Below the pieces are notes generated by a model. The model saw only the letters and a list, made by a program, of their open reading frames with translations, was not told where the DNA came from and made no database searches. A stretch of DNA of 64,000 nt. Source: Verrucomicrobiia bacterium (GTDB lineage: Bacteria; Verrucomicrobiota; Verrucomicrobiia; Limisphaerales; JADLHS01). The DNA is taken from assembly GCA_036274115.1 (NCBI GenBank), contig DASUGI010000100.1:41953-105952 (forward strand), in the 5' to 3' direction. The position numbers were made by a program, and so were the translations under genes. This document shows, in pieces, positions 29,588 through 37,034 of the stretch. Position 1 is the first letter of the stretch, and each line of letters begins with the position of its first letter.

Positions 29588-29645
29588 TTTGCAAGATATT
29601 TATTGACTTGGCCTGCTAATCGCTCAAAAATGCGCTCGTTATGGC

Positions 29646-29783
29646 TTGTAGCGCAGATTTTCAATCTGCTGTATCGCCGAATTGTATTCGGCGCACGCTT
29701 GGCATTTTCAGCGGCGCTGAAGTGTCTCGGGTCTGGCGGATTGGAAATCCGCGATACAGCAGATTGCAAATCTGCGCTACGCA
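29646..29783. repeat. REP-type composite inverted repeat in the deoR / pduL intergenic region
   Basis: TGTAGCGCAGATTTTCAATCTGCTGTATCGC (29648-29678) is nearly the reverse complement of GCGATACAGCAGATTGCAAATCTGCGCTACG (29751-29781). Inner small hairpins: CGCCGAAT..ATTCGGCG and GCGGATT-GGA-AATCCGC. Confidence 0.7.
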
Positions 29784-29811
29784 CTTTGCTGACAAACCGC
29801 GCTGAGTTTTT

Positions 29812-30489
29812 ATGGCTGTTGCTGCATCAGTTCCGCATCGGGCAGTTGTCGAACATCTCGTTCGGCAGGCGGTGTATTCGCGTCTTGGAAAGCCGCTGCC
29901 GCGCGCGGCGTCAGCGCCCAATCCACTCGTAGTGAACATCAGTGCGCGCCATTGCCATCTCACGCCGGAAGCGGTCGAGATCCTTTTTGGGAAGGGACAT
30001 CAACTCTCCGTTCACAAGTGGCTTTACCAAGAGGGGCAATTCGCAGCGAAGGAAACCGTGACGCTCATCGGCCCGCGCAGTCGCGTGATTTCAAATCTGC
30101 GTATCCTCGGTCCGTGCCGGAATCTGAATCAGGTGGAACTCGCTTACACCGACGCCATCGCGCTCGGCTTCGACATTCCATTGCGTGCCTCTGGCAACAT
30201 TGCCGGCACGCCCGGCGCGATGCTCATGGGCCCGGCGGGATTTTTTGAAATGAAGGACGGCGTGATTCGCGCCTTGCGTCACGTTCACATGCATCCGACC
30301 GACGCGGAGTTTTACGGCGTGAAGCCCGGCGACTGGATGAAGCTCAAGATCGGCGGCGATTGCGGCATCATTTTGGACAAGATGCTTTGCCGTGTGGACA
30401 AGAGTTTCAAACTCGAGGTGCACATTGATACGGACGAGGGGAATGCGTGCAACTTGCGGCCGGATACGCCGGCGGAACTTTTGAAGTGA
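29812..30489 (+). CDS. pduL: Phosphate acyltransferase PduL
   Basis: The two PduL repeats are recognisable (NISARHCHL...LRILGP and ALRHVHMHP...HIDTDEGNA). The N-terminal ~35 aa carry an amphipathic helix (AVVEHLVRQAVYSRL). Confidence 0.9.
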   Translation: MAVAASVPHRAVVEHLVRQAVYSRLGKPLPRAASAPNPLVVNISARHCHLTPEAVEILFGKGHQLSVHKWLYQEGQFAAKETVTLIGPRSRVISNLRILGPCRNLNQVELAYTDAIALGFDIPLRASGNIAGTPGAMLMGPAGFFEMKDGVIRALRHVHMHPTDAEFYGVKPGDWMKLKIGGDCGIILDKMLCRVDKSFKLEVHIDTDEGNACNLRPDTPAELLK

Positions 30490-30492
30490 TAT

Positions 30493-30600
30493 GAGTGACT
30501 GGTTACATGAGTTAAAAAGGTTAAATGCGTGGTGCGTTCGTCAATCCCGGTGCGCCCATGGACTCTCATTTAACGGTTTAACTCATTTAACCAATTTAAC
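30493..30600. repeat. Intercistronic hairpin repeat (GGTTAAATG family)
   Basis: GAGTTAAAAAGGTTAAATG faces CATTTAACGGTTTAACTC. Confidence 0.65.
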
Positions 30601-30636
30601 TTTCCGTACAATCAACACCCAAACAGGAGAAAACAA

Positions 30637-30924
30637 ATGAGTGAAGCATTAGGCATGATTGAAACCAAAGGCTACGTCGGCAGTGTGGAAGCCAGCGACG
30701 CCATGGTGAAAGCGGCCAACGTCACGTTGGTCAAAACCGTTCCCATCGGCGGCGGGCTGATCACCGTCCTCGCAAAAGGCGATGTCGGCAGCGTGAAAGC
30801 CGCCGTGGACGCTGGCTCAAAAGCCGCGGCCAAAGTCGGCGAACTCGTCAGCTCGCACATCATCGCGCGACCGCACGAAGATTTGTTGAAAGCCTTCGTG
30901 AACACCGGCGCCGCCGCAAAGTGA
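30637..30924 (+). CDS. BMC-H shell protein (Pfam00936-type hexamer)
   Basis: [26 protein letters not shown]...[13 protein letters not shown]...HIIARPH. AGGAG lies 8 nt upstream of the ATG. Confidence 0.93.
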   Translation: MSEALGMIETKGYVGSVEASDAMVKAANVTLVKTVPIGGGLITVLAKGDVGSVKAAVDAGSKAAAKVGELVSSHIIARPHEDLLKAFVNTGAAAK

Positions 30925-30961
30925 AGCTCTGTCAACTATCAACCATCAACTATCAACTAAC

Positions 30962-31240
30962 ATGGCACAGCAAGCAGTTGGAATGATTGAATGCAAAGGT
31001 CTTTGCGCGCTGATGGAGGCGTGCGATGCCGCGCTCAAAGCCGCGAATGTCACGATGACCGGCTGGGAAAAAATCGGCAGCGGATATGTCACCGGATTTT
31101 TCCGGGGCGACGTTGCCGCCGTCAAAGCCGCGACCGACGCCGGTGCGGCCGCCGCCGCGCAAGTCGGCTCAGTCGTCGCCGTCCAGGTGATCCCGCGTCC
31201 GCATGATGATTTGGGGATTTTGGGCAAATGGCTGCAATGA
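30962..31240 (+). CDS. BMC-H shell protein
   Basis: [26 protein letters not shown]...[13 protein letters not shown]...VIPRPH. Confidence 0.92.
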   Translation: MAQQAVGMIECKGLCALMEACDAALKAANVTMTGWEKIGSGYVTGFFRGDVAAVKAATDAGAAAAAQVGSVVAVQVIPRPHDDLGILGKWLQ

Positions 31241-31346
31241 GTTGGTTAAATGTGTGAATCGTTAAACAGGTTAAATGAGTTGAATGCCGCGCTAATCGTG
31301 GTTGGAACTTATTTAACCAATCGCTCGTTTAACTGATTTAACCAGC
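31241..31346. repeat. Intercistronic hairpin repeat (GGTTAAATG family)
   Basis: GTTGGTTAAATG...GTTAAACAGGTTAAATGAG faces CTTATTTAACC...GTTTAACTGATTTAACCAGC. Confidence 0.65.
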
Positions 31347-31349
31347 GCC

Positions 31350-32540
31350 GTGAAAATCCTGATCGCCAACATCGGCAGCACCTCGCTCAAGTGGCGCTTG
31401 TTCGATTTCTCGAACAACGCCGAGCGCCTTTTGCACAAAGGCGGCTTCGAGCGCGTGGCGGATTATCTGAAGGCGATTGAGGATTGTCTTGCGCAACTCA
31501 AAGACGCTGGCGCACTCGCGACCGAAAGCGAACTTGCCGCAGTTGGTTTCAAAACCGTGATTGCGAAAGGTGTCACCGGCTGCGTGCGACTGGATGAACG
31601 CGTGCTCGGCGCGATGGAGGCTTACAACGGCCTCGCGCCTGCGCACAATCCGCCCTACATCACCGGTATCCGCCTGTTTGGGAAACGCATACCGAGTGTG
31701 CCGTTGGTCGGATTGTTCGAGACGGCGTTCTATCAATTCGCGCCGGAAGCGATGATGCGCTACGCCGTGCCGCAAGCCTGGCACGACGTCGGCATCCGCC
31801 GTTGGGGTTTTCACGGTGCGAGCCACAAGTTCATCGCCGAACGCTCGGCGGAATTGCTCGGGCGTAACGATGTCGCCGAACGCGTGCGCAAACTATACGT
31901 GGACAGCGGCAAAGCTCCCGTGAACAAACCTGCGCTCCGAGTTATCTCCTGTCACCTCGGCGGCAGTTCGAGCATCACGGGAATTCGCGATGGCGTCGCG
32001 ATTGGCACGAGCATGGGCATGAGTCCGCAATCCGGTTTGCCGCAGAACAACCGCGTCGGCGATCTCGATGCGGAGGCGCTGCCTTACGCGGTGAAAACAC
32101 TTGGTATCACGATTGAAGAAGCGCAACGCCAGCTCACGAAGGAATCCGGCCTGAAAGGGCTGAGTGGGATTTCAAACGACATTCGCGATGTGACCACCGC
32201 GGCGGAGCAGGGGAATGCGAATGCCAGGCTCGCGCTAGATGTTTATGTCGCCAGCGCGCGGCATTGGATTGGCAGCTACTTTTTCGAAATGGGCGGCGCG
32301 GACGCGATTGTGTTCACAGCGGGAATCGGCGAAAACCGTACTGAAATTCGCGCGGCAGTTTGTGCGAACCTCGAAGGGCTCGGCATCGAATTGGATTGCG
32401 CACTCAATGCCAACACGCGCGCGACCGAAGCCGTCATCAGCAAGCCAGGTTCTCGCGTGAAACTTCTTGTGATTCCGACGAATGAAGAGCTCGTTGTTGC
32501 GCGTGAAACGAAGCGTTTGCTCGAAGCACAAAAGAATTAA
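31350..32540 (+). CDS. ackA: Acetate/propionate-family kinase
   Basis: KILIANIGSTSLKWRLF, RRWGFHGASH, ISCHLGGSSS and FTAGIGEN. GTG start. Confidence 0.92.
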   Translation: MKILIANIGSTSLKWRLFDFSNNAERLLHKGGFERVADYLKAIEDCLAQLKDAGALATESELAAVGFKTVIAKGVTGCVRLDERVLGAMEAYNGLAPAHNPPYITGIRLFGKRIPSVPLVGLFETAFYQFAPEAMMRYAVPQAWHDVGIRRWGFHGASHKFIAERSAELLGRNDVAERVRKLYVDSGKAPVNKPALRVISCHLGGSSSITGIRDGVAIGTSMGMSPQSGLPQNNRVGDLDAEALPYAVKTLGITIEEAQRQLTKESGLKGLSGISNDIRDVTTAAEQGNANARLALDVYVASARHWIGSYFFEMGGADAIVFTAGIGENRTEIRAAVCANLEGLGIELDCALNANTRATEAVISKPGSRVKLLVIPTNEELVVARETKRLLEAQKN

Positions 32541-32689
32541 CCACGGATGAACACTGATAAACACAGATTGGGAAAAAGTCTTACGCGAATTTCGCTAATT
32601 GCCGCGAATTCAGGTTCAATTCGTGTTAATTCGCGCAATTCGCGTCAAACGGTTTTTATCTGTGTTAATTCGTATCCATCCGTGGTTAA
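32537..32689. repeat. Intercistronic nested hairpin repeat (CCACGGATG family)
   Basis: TTAACCACGGATGAACACTGATAAACACAGAT faces ATCTGTGTTAATTCGTATCCATCCGTGGTTAA. Inner arms are ACGCGAATT...AATTCGCGT. Confidence 0.7.
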
Positions 32690-32727
32690 AAATTTCCCTC
32701 AACTCTCAACCATCAACTAACTGAATT

Positions 32728-33009
32728 ATGCCTCAAGCCATAGGAATGATCGAAACGCGCGGACTCGTCGCCCTCGTCGAGGGGACGGACGCGATGCTCA
32801 AGGCCGCCAACGTGGAACTCGTCGGCCCGATGACCCAGGTCGGTAACGCGCTCGTGACCGCGTGCGTGGTCGGCGACGTCGCCGCCGTCAAAGCCGCCAC
32901 CGACGCCGGCGCGCAGGCCATTAAAGCCATCAAAGGCGAAGTGGTCAGCGTGCACGTCATCGCCCGCCCGCACAGCGACGTGGAAGCGGTGTTGCCGAAG
33001 AAGAAGTAA
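32728..33009 (+). CDS. BMC-H shell protein
   Basis: [26 protein letters not shown]...[13 protein letters not shown]...HVIARPH. Confidence 0.92.
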   Translation: MPQAIGMIETRGLVALVEGTDAMLKAANVELVGPMTQVGNALVTACVVGDVAAVKAATDAGAQAIKAIKGEVVSVHVIARPHSDVEAVLPKKK

Positions 33010-33011
33010 CT

Positions 33012-33107
33012 GGTTGAATCGGTGATTGGTTAAACAGGTGACTCGTTAAATGAGTTACCGCTGCGCGGAGGGCCAATCACCATTTAACAAATCACCAATC
33101 ACCAACC
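33012..33107. repeat. Intercistronic hairpin repeat (GGTGATTGG / CCAATCACC family)
   Basis: GGTTGAATCGGTGATTGGTTAAAC faces CCATTTAACAAATCACCAATCACCAACC. Confidence 0.6.
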
Positions 33108-33108
33108 T

Positions 33109-33423
33109 ATGTTCCTCGCCAAAGTCGAAGGTTCAGTGGTCGCGACCAAGAAAGACCCGTCCATGAGTGGGCGCAAGATGCTGTTGCTTCGCCCGCAACT
33201 CGTGGATGAAAAAGATCCCACGAAGTTCCGCCCCGGCGCCAATACCATTGTGGCCGTGGACACGCTCGGCGCGGGCATCGGCGAAATGGTGATGTTCTGC
33301 CAGGGCAGCAGCGCCCGCCTCGCCCCCGGTATGAAAGACGCGCCAGTGGACGCCGTCGTCATCGGCATCGTGGACAGCGTGGACGTGCTCGGAAAACAGA
33401 TCTTTAGCGGGAAAGCAATGTGA
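33109..33423 (+). CDS. BMC-P vertex protein (EutN/CcmL, Pfam03319-type), copy 1
   Basis: MFLAKVEGSVVATKKD...LLLRP...VAVDTLGAGIGEMV...VDAVVIGIVD. Confidence 0.9.
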   Translation: MFLAKVEGSVVATKKDPSMSGRKMLLLRPQLVDEKDPTKFRPGANTIVAVDTLGAGIGEMVMFCQGSSARLAPGMKDAPVDAVVIGIVDSVDVLGKQIFSGKAM

Positions 33424-33431
33424 ACTGGTCG

Positions 33432-33842
33432 TCAGTCAATTCCGAGCCGCCCACGCTCTCGTTCTTCGAAACGAATATCGAGGACGCGCGGACGATTCAT
33501 CAGCAGTGCTTCGGCACTTGCCCGGCCAGTTGGTGTTATCCCGACGATCTTAATGCCGTCCCATCGGAAATGATCGCGCCAGTTGTTCCGCCGAGGATTG
33601 AAAAGAGGCGCGTTCGTCCCGGTTTCGGGATCCAATGCGGTTTGGCGCGCGCCCTTGGACAGCGAACCGGTGACGCAGGCCAGGGCAAGATTTTCCAACT
33701 CCGTCGGACCCCCCGCCGATTGCGGAACAATGTGATCAATGTGGAAGGTTGCTTCCTGGGCGAATTGGGAAAGCAGGCAATACTCGCAACGATTGTGGGC
33801 GCGTTGGATGACGCCCTGTCGCAGATGGTCGGGAACGGTCAT
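33432..33842 (-). CDS. HNH endonuclease-family protein
   Basis: 136 aa: CEYC...HIDHIVPQSAGGPTELENLALAC. It lies antisense to the BMC operon. Confidence 0.85.
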   Translation of the reverse strand: MTVPDHLRQGVIQRAHNRCEYCLLSQFAQEATFHIDHIVPQSAGGPTELENLALACVTGSLSKGARQTALDPETGTNAPLFNPRRNNWRDHFRWDGIKIVGITPTGRASAEALLMNRPRVLDIRFEERERGRLGID

Positions 33843-33846
33843 CCGT

Positions 33847-34071
33847 TCACGCAGCTTGCTTGCGGAGGCGCTCGGAACGCAGACGGAGAAGCGAAAGCAG
33901 ATCGTTCAAGTCTGCCAAACCCTGGGCTTCCCGGCGCTCCTCATCGGTTAGCGGATGGCCGGCATCCTGTTTGTCCAACAATAGATGCAGCCGGCGTTCG
34001 ACCGCTTTTGGCAAGCGCAGCCGATCCTGATCATCGGGCCACTCGATTTCAAACTGAACTTTCTGCGACAT
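33847..34071 (-). CDS. Small hypothetical protein upstream of the HNH gene (74 aa)
   Basis: The ATG at 34071 (MSQKVQFEIEW...) ends 4 nt before the HNH start. Helical, charged C-terminus. The long 228-aa ORF extension is antisense to the aldehyde dehydrogenase gene and was rejected. Confidence 0.5.
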   Translation of the reverse strand: MSQKVQFEIEWPDDQDRLRLPKAVERRLHLLLDKQDAGHPLTDEERREAQGLADLNDLLSLLRLRSERLRKQAA

Positions 34072-34144
34072 ACGCGTCGTCTGTTTCTGGCTCGACCATA
34101 GCAGAATCCGCCGGCGGTGTCCAAGTGCAGAATCCCAAAGAAAT

Positions 34145-35650
34145 ATGAGCGCAGTGAACGAAACTTTGATCCGGGACGTGGTGTCCGAGGTGCTCGGGCG
34201 TCTTGGGGGCAATTCGACCACGACCGTCACGCAATCCGCACCCGCACCTGCCGCGGCGAAGAGCGATTCTTGCGGTTGTAGCACCAAAAAAGCTACGTCT
34301 GCTCCGGCCTTGCGCGGCAAGTTTGGTGTGTTCGCCACAGCAGATGAGGCGTGTGCGGCGGCGCAGGAAGCGTTCTTGCAGTTGCAGCAAAAGGGCATGG
34401 CGGCGCGGCGCAAGATTGAAGAAATCGTCAAGACCATGGCGGAGAGGAACGCTGAGCCGTGGGGCAAAATCGAATTTGAAGAGACGAAGATTGGCAGTCT
34501 GCCGCACAAGGTCGCCAAGCTCGGTCTCATCAAGCTCGTTCCCGGCGTGGATTGGCTGCGACCAGACGCGATGAGCGGCGATCACGGCATCACGCTGGAG
34601 GAATACACGCCGTTTGGTGTGGTTGGCGCGATCACGCCAAGCACGCATTCCATTCCCACGTTGAGCGGCAACATCGTCAACATTTGCGCAGCAGGAAATG
34701 CCGTGGTGTTCAATGCGCATCCGAGCGCGGCGAAGTGCGCGGCGGTGGCGGTGCGCGCTTACAACGAGGCGATCTATCGCGAGACCGGTATTGAGAATAT
34801 CGCGTGTATCATTGAAAAGCCGACGCTCGATTCTTTCAACGCACTTTGCAAAAACGAAAACACGAAGCTGCTGCTCGTCACCGGCGGACCGATGGTGGTG
34901 AAGGCGGCGATGCAGACCGGCAAGCGCGCCATCTGCGCCGGCCCAGGCAATCCGCCCGTTTTCGTGGACGATACGTGCTGCACCACACGCGCGGCCAAGG
35001 CGATTATTTCCGGCGCCGCGTTCGACAACAATCTGCTGTGCATCGGTGAAAAACAGGTGTTCGTGCTCGATCATGTGGCGGACAAGCTGATGCAGCGCAT
35101 GTCGGAGAACGGCGCGGTGAAGTTGAATGCGGCGCAACTGGAGAAACTTACGAAGGCAGCATTTACGTTCAAGGAAGGGCAGGGCGGTGGTTGCGCTCAT
35201 GCCAGCGTGAACAAGGAACTGATTGGCAAGGACGCGAGCGTGCTGGCCCAGGCGGCGGGAATCAACGTGCCGGCAGATGCGCAGCTTTTGTTTGCCGAGA
35301 CGGATGTGAATCACGCCTTCGTGCAGGAAGAGCAGATGATGCCGATGTTACCGATTGTGCGCGTGAAGAGCGTCGAGGAAGGCATCGCGTTGTCGTTGCA
35401 GTCCGAGCATAACTACAAGCACACGGCGGTCATTCACTCGCACGATGTCGAGAACATCACCGCGATGGCGCGCTCTCTCGATACCACGCTGTTTGTAAAA
35501 AATGGGCCGTCACCGGCTGGCCTTGGTCTGGGCGGTGAAGGTTATCTGAGTTTTTCCATCGCTACGCCGACAGGTGAAGGCATTACGAATCCGCGCACGT
35601 TTACCCGCGTGCGGCGCTGTGTGATGGTGGATAATCTCCGCATCTATTAA
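34145..35650 (+). CDS. CoA-acylating aldehyde dehydrogenase (PduP/EutE-like)
   Basis: N-terminal amphipathic helix (ETLIRDVVSEVLGRL) and a low-complexity linker, then an ALDH fold with the catalytic-Cys context NNLLCIGEKQ. Confidence 0.9.
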   Translation: MSAVNETLIRDVVSEVLGRLGGNSTTTVTQSAPAPAAAKSDSCGCSTKKATSAPALRGKFGVFATADEACAAAQEAFLQLQQKGMAARRKIEEIVKTMAERNAEPWGKIEFEETKIGSLPHKVAKLGLIKLVPGVDWLRPDAMSGDHGITLEEYTPFGVVGAITPSTHSIPTLSGNIVNICAAGNAVVFNAHPSAAKCAAVAVRAYNEAIYRETGIENIACIIEKPTLDSFNALCKNENTKLLLVTGGPMVVKAAMQTGKRAICAGPGNPPVFVDDTCCTTRAAKAIISGAAFDNNLLCIGEKQVFVLDHVADKLMQRMSENGAVKLNAAQLEKLTKAAFTFKEGQGGGCAHASVNKELIGKDASVLAQAAGINVPADAQLLFAETDVNHAFVQEEQMMPMLPIVRVKSVEEGIALSLQSEHNYKHTAVIHSHDVENITAMARSLDTTLFVKNGPSPAGLGLGGEGYLSFSIATPTGEGITNPRTFTRVRRCVMVDNLRIY

Positions 35651-35759
35651 GTTCGAAACCCGAAATCCGAATGCCGAAAGAAATCCGAAATCCGAAATCC
35701 GATGGACGACAAGCCTCCGAGGGAGCGGAGCGTTTGGGTTCGGAATTTTGGGTTTGGGA
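35651..35759. repeat. CCGAAAT heptamer array followed by a complementary TTCGG/TTTGGG segment
   Basis: CGAAACC CGAAATC CGAATGC CGAAAGA AATCCGA AATCCGA AATCCGA (35654-35702), then GTTTGGGTTCGGAATTTTGGGTTTGGG. Confidence 0.7.
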
Positions 35760-35826
35760 AGACGGGCGTGGGGAGAATGATGGTGTACTGCGAGATGAAC
35801 CACCCGGCAAGACGCCGCCGAATCTC

Positions 35827-36156
35827 ATGGAACGAGTTGCGGTGTTTGGAGAGCGGATTGTCAGATTCGCGAAGAAGATTCCAAGAGGTGTGAATCACCC
35901 TGAGAATAATCGGCTGATAGATCAATTGGTCGGCGCGGGCACAAGTATCGGAGCAAACTATTGCGAAGCCGACGACGCGGTTTCTGGGAAGGATTTCAAA
36001 TGTAAGATCGGGATCAGTCGCAAAGAGTCCAAGGAAACCATGTTTTTTCTCAGAATGATTGCAGCGTCTGAAGAATCTTTGGCGGACGAAGCGCGCGAAC
36101 TTTGGCGGGAAGCCAAAGAGCTAAACCTGATCTTTGGTTCTATGTGGAGAAAGTAA
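35827..36156 (+). CDS. Four-helix-bundle protein (23S rRNA intervening-sequence / Avd-like family)
   Basis: LIDQLVGAGTSIGANYCEA...KIGISRKESKETMFFLRMI is the family signature. The start is uncertain: ATG 35827, while the ORF opens at 35671 inside the repeat. Confidence 0.8.
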   Translation: MERVAVFGERIVRFAKKIPRGVNHPENNRLIDQLVGAGTSIGANYCEADDAVSGKDFKCKIGISRKESKETMFFLRMIAASEESLADEARELWREAKELNLIFGSMWRK

Positions 36157-36166
36157 AAGCCTATGA

Positions 36167-36309
36167 CCGAAATCCGAAGTCCGAAAGATGGCCGAAAACC
36201 GGAATTCGAATCAAATGCGCGGTTTGCTTGCGCGGATTTTGATTCAGCTTCGGGCTTCGGGTTTCGGATTTCTTTCGGATCTCGGCCATCGGATTTCGGA
36301 TTTTGATTC
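36167..36309. repeat. Long hairpin built from CCGAAAT / ATTTCGG heptamers
   Basis: CCGAAATCCGAAGTCCGAAAG...GAATTCGAATCAAA faces TTTGATTCAGCTTCGGGCTTCGGGTTTCGGATTTCTTTCGG...GGATTTCGG. Confidence 0.7.
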
Positions 36310-36310
36310 T

Positions 36311-36589
36311 ATGCTCCTCGCACGTGTCGAAGGCAACATCGTGGCGACTCGGAAACATCCGAGCCTCGATGGCTGGCGGCTCGTGATTTGTCAGCCCATC
36401 GGCGTGGATGGCCAGGCTGAAGGCGCGCCGCAGATTGCCATTGATGCGCATGGCGCGGGCATGCATCAGCAGGTGGTGATTTCGTCGGACGGTGCCGCGG
36501 CGCGCAAAGCGGTGGGTGACGAGAAGAGTCCGGTGCGCTGGCTGGTGATTGGTGTGGTGGATGAACATGAACCGGGAGTGAGAGTATGA
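36311..36589 (+). CDS. BMC-P vertex protein (EutN/CcmL), copy 2
   Basis: MLLARVEGNIVATRKHPSLDGWRLVICQP...IAIDAHGAGMHQQVV...WLVIGVVD. Start ATG at 36311. Confidence 0.88.
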   Translation: MLLARVEGNIVATRKHPSLDGWRLVICQPIGVDGQAEGAPQIAIDAHGAGMHQQVVISSDGAAARKAVGDEKSPVRWLVIGVVDEHEPGVRV

Positions 36590-36709
36590 AAAATCCGAAA
36601 TCCGAAATCCGAAATCCGAAGACCGAAAAATCCAGTGACGCTCGAATCCAACTTTCGGATGTCGGGCTTCGGACTTCTTTCGGATTTCGGGTTTCGATCT
36701 TCGGATTTC
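36590..36709. repeat. Long hairpin built from CCGAAAT / ATTTCGG heptamers
   Basis: AAAATCCGAAATCCGAAATCCGAAATCCGAAGACCG faces CGGGCTTCGGACTTCTTTCGGATTTCGGGTTTCGATCTTCGGATTT. Confidence 0.7.
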
Positions 36710-36716
36710 AAATCAA

Positions 36717-37022
36717 ATGAAACTCGGCACAGTCATTGGTCGGGTGACGTTGAGCAAGACGGTGAAGTCGCTCGAAGGCGGGCGGTTTCTCGTGGTGAGT
36801 CCGTTCAGCCGCGAGCAGTTTGCGGCTGGCCTTGATGCGCCGACTGCGATGGGCAAAGACCCGAGCCTGGTGGTTTACGACGCGATTGGTGGCGGAATTG
36901 GACACGTCATCGGTTACGTGGAAGGTCGCGAGGCCGCACAGCCGTTTGCCGAGCCGACGCCGGTTGACGCGATTAACACCGCGCTCGTGGACGAAATGTT
37001 TTACAGCCCATGGAAGGGCTGA
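36717..37022 (+). CDS. BMC-P vertex protein (EutN/CcmL), copy 3
   Basis: MKLGTVIGRVTLSKTVKSLEGGRFLVVSP...VVYDAIGGGIGHVIGYVEG. Confidence 0.85.
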   Translation: MKLGTVIGRVTLSKTVKSLEGGRFLVVSPFSREQFAAGLDAPTAMGKDPSLVVYDAIGGGIGHVIGYVEGREAAQPFAEPTPVDAINTALVDEMFYSPWKG

Positions 37023-37034
37023 CGATTTTAAGTC

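Noticed and set aside
28783-29784. Long 333-aa version of the DeoR ORF, and ORF 29661..29963
   Set aside because: The N-terminal extension (…RYSRLKICATS…ADLQSAVSRISNPP…) is simply a translation of the REP inverted repeat at 29646-29783. The DeoR HTH begins right after the ATG at 29556.
34049-35314. 421-aa minus-strand ORF antisense to the aldehyde dehydrogenase, plus the 228-aa extension of the small ORF at 33847
   Set aside because: The sequence is Arg/His-rich with no motifs. The plus strand is an unmistakable ALDH. Only the last 74 codons (33847-34071), outside the ALDH gene, were kept as a possible small gene.
35827-36156. Diversity-generating retroelement (the four-helix-bundle genes as Avd)
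   Set aside because: No reverse transcriptase ORF and no template/variable repeat pair (adenine-specific mismatches) were found near either four-helix-bundle gene.
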